Of a stretch of DNA of 64,000 nt, positions 17,499 through 26,846 are shown piece after piece (the first letter of the stretch is position 1; each line of letters opens with the position of its first letter). The stretch is from Acidobacteriota bacterium (GTDB taxonomy: Bacteria > Acidobacteriota > Thermoanaerobaculia > Multivoradales > UBA5704). The notes beneath the pieces are model-generated. The model had not been told where the DNA came from. It did no database searches and was given only the letters and a program-made list of their open reading frames with translations. Both the position numbers and the translations under genes were made by a program. Location of the stretch: the NCBI GenBank assembly GCA_040005235.1, contig JBDTZG010000003.1, positions 128,001-192,000 on the forward strand. Direction: 5' to 3'.

Positions 17499-18974
17499 AT
17501 GAGCACCCAGGACGAGATGGCCACCCGAATTCGAGTCTCTCGGGCACTCAAGGGCTGGAAGCAGGTCGACGTCGCCCGCAAAGCTCGGATGGACCCCAGC
17601 GCCCTCTCTCGCTACGAAAAGGAGGGGGGAGACGCCGCTCCTCGGGACGTGACGGAGCGGATTCACGCAGCAACCGAAGTTTCCCTCGCGTTCTCCGAGG
17701 TGGTCGTCTCCTCGTACAGGGTTCTCCAACGTCAAGCGAGTCGGCCGACAAGAAGTGAAAGGGGCTACGAGGACGATTTGGTCGCCGAGGTGGCCAGCCG
17801 TTTCGCTGCGTCGCTCGCTCCCGCTTTCATCGTGCTGCCTGTCCCGGACGTCCAGCCGCCCATGAACGATTCTCCTCCTACAATGGAGAATCGAGCCGAA
17901 GGGGAAATGCTCTTCCAGCGGCTCGTGCCCCTCCCGGAGAGCGACCGGCTTTTAGTAGTCGCCAAGGGATGCCAATTTCGAACGGCCGCGCTGTGCGAGA
18001 GGCTCTGCGAGGAGAGCGTTTTCTGGGCTGCAAAGAGCGCCGACAACGCCCTCCATTGGGCGGAACTCGCCTTGCGGGTTGCTGAGCGGATTCCCGGTTC
18101 GGAAGGGAAACGTGCGAGAGGAATGGGCTATGCCTGGGCTTTCGTCGGCAATTCGCTCCGAGTCGCCAACGAGTTCCCCGCGGTCGATGCCGCGTTCGCG
18201 CAGTTCCGGAAACTGTATGCCTTAGGTGACGAAAGAGCGTCTGGCTGGTTCGACGAGGCCCGTGCGCTTGATCTCGAAGCGTCCCTCCGCCGAAACCAGG
18301 GTCGATTCGGTGACGCACTGAAATTGCTTGACCGGGCGCTCGAAATCGGCAATCCCTCTCTGCGCACCCAACTACTTCTGAACATGGCGGTGACCTTGGA
18401 GCAGGATGGCCGGGCCGATCGGGCGCTCCGTGCACTCGAGGAAGCACGGACCGCTATCGAACAGGGCGAAGGAGGGCCGCGCTTCCTTTGGGTCTGGCAA
18501 TTCAACGTGGTGAAGAATCTGGTCCACCTGTACCGGGCAACTGAAGCAGAAGCGCTGCTGCCGGAGCTGCGGCTGCTCGCGGCCAAGTTGGGCAACGATC
18601 TTGACCAACTGCGCACCCGGGCGCTTACGGGCGAGGTTCTGGCGGCTTTGAGGAAGCGGGACGAAGCCCTCGCAGACTTTTCGGCGGTCCGAGCCGAGTT
18701 CACAACCCGGAGACTTTTCGCAGACGCGGCCGTCGTGGGCCTCCATGAGGCGGTGATCCTGCTGGAAGGCAGCCGCTCGGCGAAAGTCCGCACCCTCGTC
18801 CGCGCCATGAAACCGATCTTCGATTCGCTCGGCCTGAAGCGGGAAGCGCTCGCCGCCTATCGGCTGTTCGTCGTTGCCGTCGAGCAGGAAGCCGCAACGG
18901 CCACCATGGCCCGCGAGCTGGCGAAAGCGATCGAGCGGGCCGGCCGAAGGGGAGGCGGAGCGGCGGCGGGGTAA
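17499..18974 (+). CDS. XRE-family HTH + TPR-repeat regulator (paralog 2)
   Basis: GGGAGG RBS, ATG 17499; WKQVDVARKARMDPSALSRYEK HTH; blocks shared with paralog 1 (AWAFVGN, LDLEASLRRNQGRF, FNVVKNLVHL, LRTRAL). Confidence 0.85.
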   Translation: MSTQDEMATRIRVSRALKGWKQVDVARKARMDPSALSRYEKEGGDAAPRDVTERIHAATEVSLAFSEVVVSSYRVLQRQASRPTRSERGYEDDLVAEVASRFAASLAPAFIVLPVPDVQPPMNDSPPTMENRAEGEMLFQRLVPLPESDRLLVVAKGCQFRTAALCERLCEESVFWAAKSADNALHWAELALRVAERIPGSEGKRARGMGYAWAFVGNSLRVANEFPAVDAAFAQFRKLYALGDERASGWFDEARALDLEASLRRNQGRFGDALKLLDRALEIGNPSLRTQLLLNMAVTLEQDGRADRALRALEEARTAIEQGEGGPRFLWVWQFNVVKNLVHLYRATEAEALLPELRLLAAKLGNDLDQLRTRALTGEVLAALRKRDEALADFSAVRAEFTTRRLFADAAVVGLHEAVILLEGSRSAKVRTLVRAMKPIFDSLGLKREALAAYRLFVVAVEQEAATATMARELAKAIERAGRRGGGAAAG

Positions 18975-19077
18975 GACCGCCCAGCTCACTGCAGCGCAGG
19001 ACCAGATCGCCTCGGAAACGGCCCGGCTCACCACGGCGTCTGCCTAGGTCACTATCGAGACGACCCGGACCACCATA

Positions 19078-19434
19078 AAGCTGGGCCAGATCACTACTGA
19101 GCTGGACCAGATCACTACTGAGCTGGACCAGATCACTACTGAGCTGGACCGGATCACCACTGAGCTGGACCAGATCACCACTGAGCTGGCCCAGACCACC
19201 AGTGAGCTGGCCCAGATCACCACTGAGCTGGCCCAGACCACTACTGAGCTGGACTAGATCACCAGTGAGCTGGCCCGGACCACCAGTGGCCTGGCTCAGA
19301 CCACCAGTGAGCTGGCCCAGATCACCACTGAGCTGGCTCAGACCACCAGTGAGCTGGCCCAGATCACCACTGAGCTGGCTCAGACCACCAGTGAGCTGGC
19401 CCAAATTACCTCTGAGCTGGCCGGGATCACCCCT
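19078..19434. repeat. Tandem repeat, 17 x 21 bp (consensus GAGCTGGCCCAGATCACCACT)
   Basis: Counted units at 21-nt period (19078, 19099, 19120, 19141 ... 19414); no spacers. Confidence 0.95.
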
Positions 19435-19837
19435 ACCCGCCCGGAAACGCATCCCGGATCAGCGTATACGTCCAGCCTCCGGAAGGGCTGGCGTCGAGGC
19501 CGAGGACGTCGAAGCGGCAGGGGCCATCCCAAGGGTGGGTGGCGAGGTAGAGTCCGGCCGCTCGGGCGAGACGGCGTTGCTTGGAGCGGGGGACGGCGGC
19601 GATCGCCGGGCCGTAGGCGTCGGTGGAGCGCGCTTTGATTTCCACGAAGGCCAGGGTTTCGCCTTCGCGGGCGACCAGATCGATCTCGCCGCAATGGTTG
19701 GTGACGTTGCGCTCGATCGTGGCGAAGCCTTGAGTGGAGAGCCAGGCGACGGCGGCGTCCTCGCCCACTTTGCCGCGCCCGCGGTGATGGGGAACGCGGG
19801 AGAAATCGCTCGGTTCGCTCGGTCCCGGCGCTTCCAT
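19433..19837 (-). CDS. yraN: YraN family (UPF0102) putative endonuclease
   Basis: GKVGEDAA..L, GEIDLVAREGETLAFVEIKAR, CRFDV. Confidence 0.9.
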   Translation of the reverse strand: MEAPGPSEPSDFSRVPHHRGRGKVGEDAAVAWLSTQGFATIERNVTNHCGEIDLVAREGETLAFVEIKARSTDAYGPAIAAVPRSKQRRLARAAGLYLATHPWDGPCRFDVLGLDASPSGGWTYTLIRDAFPGG

Positions 19838-19881
19838 GGGCCGCGGCACCGCCACGGGCCGGCGCGGCGGAGCGGGCCGGT

Positions 19882-21312
19882 TCAACGGCGCTTCCAGCGG
19901 GTGCCGTGAGGCGTGTCTTCGAGCACGATGCCGCGGGCGGCCAGCTCGTCCCGCAGGCGGTCGGAGGTGGCAAAATCGCGCCCGGCGCGCGCGGCGTCGC
20001 GGGCGGCCACCATTTGATCGATCTCGGCCGCTTCGCTGTCGTCCGACGTGTCGCGCCACGCGTCGGCGTCGAGCACGCCGAGCACCGTGTCGACCGAGGC
20101 GAGGGCCGCTCGGACGCGCTCTGGGTCGCCCGCCCCGAGAGCGCCGGCGTCGATCGCGACATTCGTTTCGCGGACGAAGCCGAACAGCGCGGCGAGCGCC
20201 TCGGAGGCGTTCAGGTCGTCGGCGAGCGCGGCGGCAAAGCCGGTGAGCAGGCGTTCGGCGGCGGCGGCGATCTCCGACCGGGGCTCTCCCGCTTCAGGGG
20301 CGTGGTCGAGCCGGTGGCGCATGTCGTCGATCCGGCGCAGGGCGGCCGCTGCGGCGTCGAGCGACTCGAACGTGAAGTTCAGCTTCTGGCGGTAATGGAC
20401 CGACAGGAACAGATAGCGCATCGCTCGGACGGAAAGCTTCTTTGCGATCAGCTCGTCGAGCCGGTACTGGTTGCCGAGCGACTTCGACATCTTCTGGCCG
20501 TCGACGATCAGGTGCTCGGAATGGAGCCAGATCCGCACGAACGGCTGGCCGAACGCCGATTCGCTCTGGGCGATCTCGTTCTCGTGGTGCGGGAAAATGT
20601 TGTCCACCCCGCCGCAATGCATGTCGAAGCTCTTGCCCAGCAGCTTCATGCTCATTGCGGAGCACTCGATGTGCCAGCCCGGCCGGCCCGGCCCCCAGGG
20701 GGAATCCCAGGACGGCTCGCCCGGCTTCACGGCTTTCCAGAGCACGAAGTCGCGGACGTCCTCCTTGTCGTATTCGTCGTCGGCCACCCGCTCGCCGCGG
20801 CGCGCCGCGTCGAGTTGGAAGCCCGAGAGCTTGCCGTAGTCCGGATCGCTCGCAATGCGGAAGAACACCGAGCCGTCGGCCTCGTAGGCGAAGCCCTTCT
20901 CGATCAGCGTGGCGATGATCTCGATCATCTCGGCCACATGGTCGGTGGCGCGCGGGTAGTGCTCGGCGCGCTCGACGTGAAGGCGATCGAGATCTGCGAG
21001 GAACGAGTCGATGAACGGCGCGGTATACACGGAAAGGGGAACGCCTTTCTTGTGCGCGCCGAGGATCGTCTTGTCGTCGACATCCGTGATGTTCATCACC
21101 TGGGTGACATGAAAGCCGAGAAACTTCAAGCTGCGGCGGAGGAAATCCTCGAACATGAAGGTCCGCAGATTGCCGATGTGCACGTCGTTGTAGACCGTCG
21201 GGCCGCAGGTATAGAGGCGGACGTTCGGAGGATCGATCGGAACCAGCGGTTCGAGCCGCCGGCCGAGCGTGTTCCAAAAGATCGGTTGGGGGAGAGGCAG
21301 GTCTTTAGACAT
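19882..21312 (-). CDS. cysS: Cysteine--tRNA ligase
   Basis: YTCGPTVY..HIGN, DFVLWK, GRPGWHIECSAM, FPHHENE, KMSKS. Confidence 0.98.
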   Translation of the reverse strand: MSKDLPLPQPIFWNTLGRRLEPLVPIDPPNVRLYTCGPTVYNDVHIGNLRTFMFEDFLRRSLKFLGFHVTQVMNITDVDDKTILGAHKKGVPLSVYTAPFIDSFLADLDRLHVERAEHYPRATDHVAEMIEIIATLIEKGFAYEADGSVFFRIASDPDYGKLSGFQLDAARRGERVADDEYDKEDVRDFVLWKAVKPGEPSWDSPWGPGRPGWHIECSAMSMKLLGKSFDMHCGGVDNIFPHHENEIAQSESAFGQPFVRIWLHSEHLIVDGQKMSKSLGNQYRLDELIAKKLSVRAMRYLFLSVHYRQKLNFTFESLDAAAAALRRIDDMRHRLDHAPEAGEPRSEIAAAAERLLTGFAAALADDLNASEALAALFGFVRETNVAIDAGALGAGDPERVRAALASVDTVLGVLDADAWRDTSDDSEAAEIDQMVAARDAARAGRDFATSDRLRDELAARGIVLEDTPHGTRWKRR

Positions 21313-21375
21313 CGGGATTTCCGTAAGTGATCGAGTCGAAGGAAGGTGACGAACGAAACCCGGCAAGGGTTTGCC

Positions 21376-21936
21376 CTAACGAACGACCTGGACGCTCCCG
21401 GCGAGGAAGGACGTGGTGAGCCGTTGGCCGGTCGGGTCGACCGCGGTGCTGTTGGCGAATTCAAACGCGCCGGTGCCCGCAGTGCTGGCGCTGAACTGGA
21501 GCGTCATCAGCACACCCGAGCCGTCGACTCCCTCGGTGCCGCCCAGGCGGGTCAGCCCCACCACCAGGTTGCCGGGAGGGTTCTCGGTGACTTGAAAAGC
21601 GGTCTGCACACCCCCGGCGGAAAGGAACGTTCCTTGGGTGCGCCCGGTAAAGCGAAGCAGGGTCGGAACCTTGAGGTCGAACGAAAGGCCGTAGAGCTCC
21701 TGGACGCTGGTTGCGCGGACGTCGAGGAACAGGTTGTTCGCGTCGGTGCCGACGCCCTCCTGCAAGGAAACCGCGTTCATCGGGTTCGTGCCGGCCGGAG
21801 AGAAGATGATCTGCGGCGTCGGCGGCGGCGGGCTGGTCGGCCCGCCCCCTCCTCCCCCGCCACAGGCGGTGAGGGCGAACACCGCGGCGATCGCTACAAG
21901 GCTCCACCCACTCTTACGCGACGATCCTGCGCTCAT
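21376..21936 (-). CDS. Lipoprotein with cohesin-like beta-sandwich domain
   Basis: Lipobox LTAC + GGGGGGG/PPPP linker; LYGLSFDL, GTFLS, GVDGSGVLMTLQF; ATGA overlap with def. Confidence 0.7.
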   Translation of the reverse strand: MSAGSSRKSGWSLVAIAAVFALTACGGGGGGGPTSPPPPTPQIIFSPAGTNPMNAVSLQEGVGTDANNLFLDVRATSVQELYGLSFDLKVPTLLRFTGRTQGTFLSAGGVQTAFQVTENPPGNLVVGLTRLGGTEGVDGSGVLMTLQFSASTAGTGAFEFANSTAVDPTGQRLTTSFLAGSVQVVR

Positions 21937-22454
21937 ACCAGCACCCCTTGCTGCTCTTCGACCAGGCGGCGCAGCGCCCGTTTCGCTTTGTCTTTCTTCA
22001 AACCGCTCAGGCGGTCGGTAAACAGGACGCCGTCCAGATGGTCGAGCTCGTGGCAGATCGCGCGCGCCATCCAGTCCTCCGCCTCGACCGAGAACGGCTC
22101 GCCGTTCGCATGGGCCGCCTCGACCACGATGCGGGTCGGCCGCTCGACCTTCTCGGTGATGCCCGGCAACGACAGGCATCCTTCCACGTCGACCGCCGAG
22201 CCTTCCTGCTCGACGAGCCGCGGATTGATCAGGACCAACAGGGCGTCTTCGGCTTCGCCGACCGACAGGTCGACCACCGCGACGCGCCGATCGCGGCCCA
22301 CCTGCGGCGCGGCGAGGCCGATCCCGGGAGCTGCGTGCATGGTCTCGATCATGTCGGCGACCAGTGTCGCCAGCTCGGCATCGAACGTTTCGACCTCGCG
22401 GCAGCGGGCGCGCAGCACCGGGTCGGGATAGAGGCGAATCGGCAAAATCGACAT
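21933..22454 (-). CDS. def: Peptide deformylase
   Basis: GIGLAAPQVG, EGCLSLP, CHELDHLDG. Confidence 0.97.
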   Translation of the reverse strand: MSILPIRLYPDPVLRARCREVETFDAELATLVADMIETMHAAPGIGLAAPQVGRDRRVAVVDLSVGEAEDALLVLINPRLVEQEGSAVDVEGCLSLPGITEKVERPTRIVVEAAHANGEPFSVEAEDWMARAICHELDHLDGVLFTDRLSGLKKDKAKRALRRLVEEQQGVLV

Positions 22455-22460
22455 GAATTC

Positions 22461-23330
22461 TTACATCCCCGAGCGTAGCTGGCGCGCCGCGGCGAGCACC
22501 GCCCGGTCGGTGCGTTGCTCGCGCAGGGCTTCGAGCAGGCCGCGCGGGTCGGGATTGCCGAGCAGCGCCTGCTCCAAGCCGTCCCGGTCGAGCCGCAACA
22601 GGGTGACCGCCTCAGTCACCAGATAGGTCGCCGGCCACTCGCCGTGCTCCAAGAGCACCGATTCGCCGAGGATATCGCCGGAGGTGAAGCTGCGCAGCAA
22701 ATGGTCTTTGCCTCCGGCCTTGATGCGCGCTTCGACCAGGCCGCGGACCAGGATGTAGAGCACGCCGTCCTTGATTCGCACCTGGGCCAGGATCTCCTTC
22801 TCGGCGACGTGGCGCAGGTCGACCCGCGAGAAGAGCCGCTCCAGCTGGTCGCCCGCCAGATGCTGCACCAGCGTCGAGCTTGCCAGGTGGTGCCAAAGGC
22901 GCTGCAGTTCGAGCGCGGAGGTGGCCGAGCCCCCTTCCGCCTTCTTCAAGCCCGCGAGGGCCAGTACCCGGACGCTCTCCAGGCTTTTTTCGCGCTGGAT
23001 CTTTTCGATCAGGTGGCGTACCGAGGAACTGTTCGGGGCGAGCTTCGCCGCGCGCGAAAGCAGCGCGATCCCCTTGTCGTAGAAACCGTCTTCGGCGTAC
23101 TCCTCGGCGACGAACCCGTATTCGGCGACCGCCCGGTCGAATTCCTTCAGCTCGGTATAGACCTCGGCCAGCTTCAGGTGGGAATGGAGATCCTCCGGGT
23201 TCGTTTTCAGCCGGGCCTGCAGCCTCTCGGCGGCCTCTTGATACCGCTCGACGACGATCAGGTCGTCGATCGTCAGCTCGCGTTCGGCTTTCTTCGCCGC
23301 CCCGCCACCGAACCAGCCTTTGAGCGCCAC
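22461..23330 (-). CDS. TPR + cyclic-nucleotide-binding domain protein
   Basis: GTG start with AAGGAG RBS; N-terminal TPR; LYILVRGLVE...GDILGE cNMP-fold motif. Confidence 0.75.
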   Translation of the reverse strand: MALKGWFGGGAAKKAERELTIDDLIVVERYQEAAERLQARLKTNPEDLHSHLKLAEVYTELKEFDRAVAEYGFVAEEYAEDGFYDKGIALLSRAAKLAPNSSSVRHLIEKIQREKSLESVRVLALAGLKKAEGGSATSALELQRLWHHLASSTLVQHLAGDQLERLFSRVDLRHVAEKEILAQVRIKDGVLYILVRGLVEARIKAGGKDHLLRSFTSGDILGESVLLEHGEWPATYLVTEAVTLLRLDRDGLEQALLGNPDPRGLLEALREQRTDRAVLAAARQLRSGM

Positions 23331-23639
23331 TCTAGAGCTCCTTCTCCGGATGGACTGCAACCCCACGCGCGGCCGCATTTTCCTGGTGCCGTCGACCGTA
23401 CAAAACGAGCCTATGACAGGCCCGACCCTTCCAAGGGACGGCAAGCGGCGTGATTATAGACTTAGCCCGCGCCAAAGAGATTCCTCGGCGAAGCGCTTCG
23501 CCCCAGCAGGGGGGCCGAACGCCCCGTGACCGGCAGATTTCAGCCCCTGGCACAGAAGCTGCTGTTCCCCTAGGACGGCGGGGTCGAATTTCCCGCCCCT
23601 TGCGACTGCCCAACGCGGTCCCTCTACCAGGAGAATGAC

Positions 23640-26012
23640 ATGACGCCTCGAACCCGTTCTCGCCCTTTCTTCGCTCTCGCCCTCGGAGTCGCCGGCCTCG
23701 CGCTCGCAGCTCTGCCGGCAAGCGCTCAGGATGGCGGCAGCTATTCCTACATTCGTACCCTCGATGGGTCGGCAACCGTTACTCTCGCGGGGTCGCAGAC
23801 GCGTGATCGCGCCGAGATCAATCAGCCGATCCTGCCCGGCGACCGGCTCATCGTAAGCAATGGTTCGCGCGTCGAACTGGTCCTGTCCGACCGTAGCCTG
23901 GTTCACGTGGCCGGTGCCACCGAGATTGCGTTCGATGCCCTCGCCCTCTCGCCCGACGACACGTCGGACCTGAGCTACGACGATCGCGGCAATCGCGGCA
24001 ATCCAAACGATCCCAACGATCGCTATGGGGACCGTGGCTATGATCGCAACGCCACCGATCGGGGCTACGGCCAAAACGCGGATCGCTATCCGACCCGCGA
24101 CTCGTATCAGGGAAACCGGAACGGGGACGTCCGGGCCTCGGTCCTCCGGCTGCTCGATGGCGAAGTGCGGATCGAGACCGACAACTTTCCCAGCGGTTTC
24201 GAACCGCTGCAGGTCGAAACCGGCAACGCCACCGTCTATTTGGGAGAGCACGGTTCGTATCGCCTGGTCTCCGAGCAGGACGGCTGGAGCGAGGTGACGG
24301 TGCGCGAAGGGTCGGCCGAGATCGCCACCGAGCGCGGCTCGCAGATCGTCCGCCAGAGCCAGACCGCCATCGTCGACGGCGCCTCCCGTGCCCGGATCTC
24401 GCTCCGCCCGGCCGCCGGACGTGACGCGCTCGAACGCTGGGCCGAAGTGTTGCTCGACCAGGGCGACTCCTATCGCGACCGTTATGTCGACGACGACCTT
24501 CGCTATTCCTCCGTGCCCCTCTCCCGCTACGGCTCTTGGATCACGGTCGATCATCGCCAGATCTGGCGTCCGCGCGTCTCGTCCGGCTGGCGCCCCTATT
24601 CGCTGGGCCGGTGGCGCAACGGGCCGGGCGGCGCGATCTGGATTTCGTCCGAGCCGTGGGGCTGGGTGCCCTACCACTACGGCACCTGGGACTACTTCTC
24701 AGGGGTCGGCTGGGGCTGGGTACCGGGACGGGTGTTCGCTCCCGCGTGGGTCTATTGGTACTGGGGTCCTAGCTACGTCGGCTGGTGCCCGGTCGGCTAC
24801 TACACCCGCTACTACGGCGGCTCCGGCTTCCGCGACGGGCTTTACGGTTGGGCACATGGCAGCGGCAGCTTCTTTGCCGAGTGGAACTTCGTGCCGTTCG
24901 CCAACTTCGGTGATCGCGATCTCGGCCGCCGCGTCCGGCGCGGTCGCGACCTTGGGTTCGCCCTGGAGCGCGGCATCGTCACCACCGACACCCGGCCGCT
25001 CGGCCGCGAGCGGTGGAGCGACCCAACCCGGGCGATCGAGATCCTCCGCCGGGGCCGGCGCGACCTGCCCGACGTGAGCGTTTTCGTCGCGCGGAGGCCC
25101 GACCTGCCGCCGGCGATCAAGAATGAGATCGCGATCGGCCGCGAACGGCCGGGCGACCGGCCCGGCAACCGGCTCGACGGCACGCCGCTACGCCCCGGTA
25201 CGCTCGGCGGCGGCTCGGGCGGTGCGGCTCCCGGTCAGCGGACCGGCGGCGACACCCCCCGCGGCCGGACCCGTTGGAACACTGGCGGCGGCGCGGTCGA
25301 GGGCCAGCCGGCCGTGGATACCCGAGGGACCGGTCGGGATGCCGGTCGCGACTCTGGACGGTCGGGCCTGGATACCCCTGCGACGGGACGGGATTCTGGA
25401 CGATCCGGTTTGGATACCCCAGCAACGGGCCGAGACTCCGGACGATCCGGTTTGGATACCCGGGAGACGCCCCGCGAGAGGACGAACCCCACCGGCCGGA
25501 CCGGCGGCGACACGCCGGTCAACGCCGAACCCGGCGTCGAGCGGCGCCGGCCGGAACCGTCAACCCGGCCCGCGAACCCCGAACCGGGGCAACCCTCCGG
25601 CCAGCCAGCACAGGAAGAGCGGCGTCACCCGATCTACCAGCGCCCCGATTCAAGCGACTCGGGCGACTCGGGATCGAACGGACGCGAGGCGGAGCCGGTG
25701 CGGGAACGACCGGTAGTCCGCGAGCGGCCGAACGACTCCCCGCCGTCCGCTCCGCCTCCCTCGGCGTCGCGTCGCGAGGAGCCGTCGGCGCGACGGGACG
25801 AGCCGGCGCCACGGCGTGACCCGCCGTCGGCCTCGCAGCAGGACGAGCCGGTGTCTCCGCCGCCGCAGGAGGCGCGACCCCGCGAACAGCAGAAGCCGGA
25901 TTCCGGCTCCGAGAAGTCGGTCCCCGCGCGTCGGCGTTCGCAAGACCGCCGGCCGCAGAACGACGATTCGGACAACGACGGCGAAGCGGGGAGCCCGCCG
26001 CCGGGAATCTAG
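23640..26012 (+). CDS. Secreted FecR-like / DUF6600-type protein with long disordered C-terminal tail
   Basis: Signal peptide; INQPILPGDRL..GSRVEL; LSRYGSW, WRPYSLGRW, EPWGWVPYHYGTW, WVPGRVFAPAWV. Confidence 0.8.
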   Translation: MTPRTRSRPFFALALGVAGLALAALPASAQDGGSYSYIRTLDGSATVTLAGSQTRDRAEINQPILPGDRLIVSNGSRVELVLSDRSLVHVAGATEIAFDALALSPDDTSDLSYDDRGNRGNPNDPNDRYGDRGYDRNATDRGYGQNADRYPTRDSYQGNRNGDVRASVLRLLDGEVRIETDNFPSGFEPLQVETGNATVYLGEHGSYRLVSEQDGWSEVTVREGSAEIATERGSQIVRQSQTAIVDGASRARISLRPAAGRDALERWAEVLLDQGDSYRDRYVDDDLRYSSVPLSRYGSWITVDHRQIWRPRVSSGWRPYSLGRWRNGPGGAIWISSEPWGWVPYHYGTWDYFSGVGWGWVPGRVFAPAWVYWYWGPSYVGWCPVGYYTRYYGGSGFRDGLYGWAHGSGSFFAEWNFVPFANFGDRDLGRRVRRGRDLGFALERGIVTTDTRPLGRERWSDPTRAIEILRRGRRDLPDVSVFVARRPDLPPAIKNEIAIGRERPGDRPGNRLDGTPLRPGTLGGGSGGAAPGQRTGGDTPRGRTRWNTGGGAVEGQPAVDTRGTGRDAGRDSGRSGLDTPATGRDSGRSGLDTPATGRDSGRSGLDTRETPRERTNPTGRTGGDTPVNAEPGVERRRPEPSTRPANPEPGQPSGQPAQEERRHPIYQRPDSSDSGDSGSNGREAEPVRERPVVRERPNDSPPSAPPPSASRREEPSARRDEPAPRRDPPSASQQDEPVSPPPQEARPREQQKPDSGSEKSVPARRRSQDRRPQNDDSDNDGEAGSPPPGI
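25344..25460 (+). repeat. Coding 42-bp repeat, about 3 copies (GRDSGRSGLDTPAT)
   Basis: Copies at 25344, 25386 and 25428 differ mainly at synonymous positions. Confidence 0.85.
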
Positions 26013-26060
26013 TAGGCAAGTCGGGACGGTCGTAGGGGCGCACGGTCGTGCGCCCCGCCG

Positions 26061-26846
26061 CTACCGGCGCGAGCCGGTGGCGGCGACCACGACCGCCAAA
26101 GAACGCGTCAGAGCTTCGCCCGACAGGTGCGGCAGATCGAGCCCGAGCTTCCGGCGGAAGTGCTGGCCCGCCTGCTCGAACAGGTCGTAGCGGGCGCGCG
26201 GATCGAGCTTGTCGGCGCGGCGCACCAAGGCGACCAACAGCTCGCGCTCGTCGAGGCTCAGGCGATGGCGGGCGAGCCGGGCAAGGTCTGGATCGATCGG
26301 CGCCTGCCCCTCGCGCCGAAGGGTCTCCGGCAGGTCGGCAGCGGCCAGCCTTCGCCGCGAGCCCCCCTCGTCGCGGACCACCAGCGTATCGGCGAGAAGA
26401 TCCCCCAGGCGGCGGCCATCGCGATCGAGCAGCGACACCAGGCCGCCCAGGCCATAGAGCACGGGGGCGAAATCAAGCACCCGCCCGACGTTCCGGACGA
26501 ACGACTGCTCCAAAGACAGCGGCAGGCCGCGAGCGTCGACGACCCGCAGGCCCAGCATCGCCTTGCCCGGCGTCCGCCCCTCGCGGCGAACCTCGAAACC
26601 GACGTGATAGACCCAGGTGAGAACGAACGAAAGCGTCGCGATCGCGAGCGTCCCGAGGCTTTTGGGCAACAGCTTGGAGAGCGCCGACGAGGCCAGAGCG
26701 GTGAGCGCCAAGATCAGCGCGACATCGACCAGCAAGGCGAGAAATCGGCTTCCCGGGCCGGCCGGCTCCAGCCGGACCCGCACGTGCTCGGGAGTCCGGA
26801 TCTGGCGCCGGGCGCGCCAAGTCCCGGCGAGGCCGACCGCACTCAT
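26061..26846 (-). CDS. RDD family membrane protein
   Basis: TPEHV...AGPGSRFLALLVD, GRTPGK..LGLRVV, RRLGDLLADTLVV. Confidence 0.9.
   Translation of the reverse strand: MSAVGLAGTWRARRQIRTPEHVRVRLEPAGPGSRFLALLVDVALILALTALASSALSKLLPKSLGTLAIATLSFVLTWVYHVGFEVRREGRTPGKAMLGLRVVDARGLPLSLEQSFVRNVGRVLDFAPVLYGLGGLVSLLDRDGRRLGDLLADTLVVRDEGGSRRRLAAADLPETLRREGQAPIDPDLARLARHRLSLDERELLVALVRRADKLDPRARYDLFEQAGQHFRRKLGLDLPHLSGEALTRSLAVVVAATGSRR

Noticed and set aside
19078-19434. CRISPR array
   Set aside because: Units are contiguous 21-mers with no unique spacers; this is a tandem repeat
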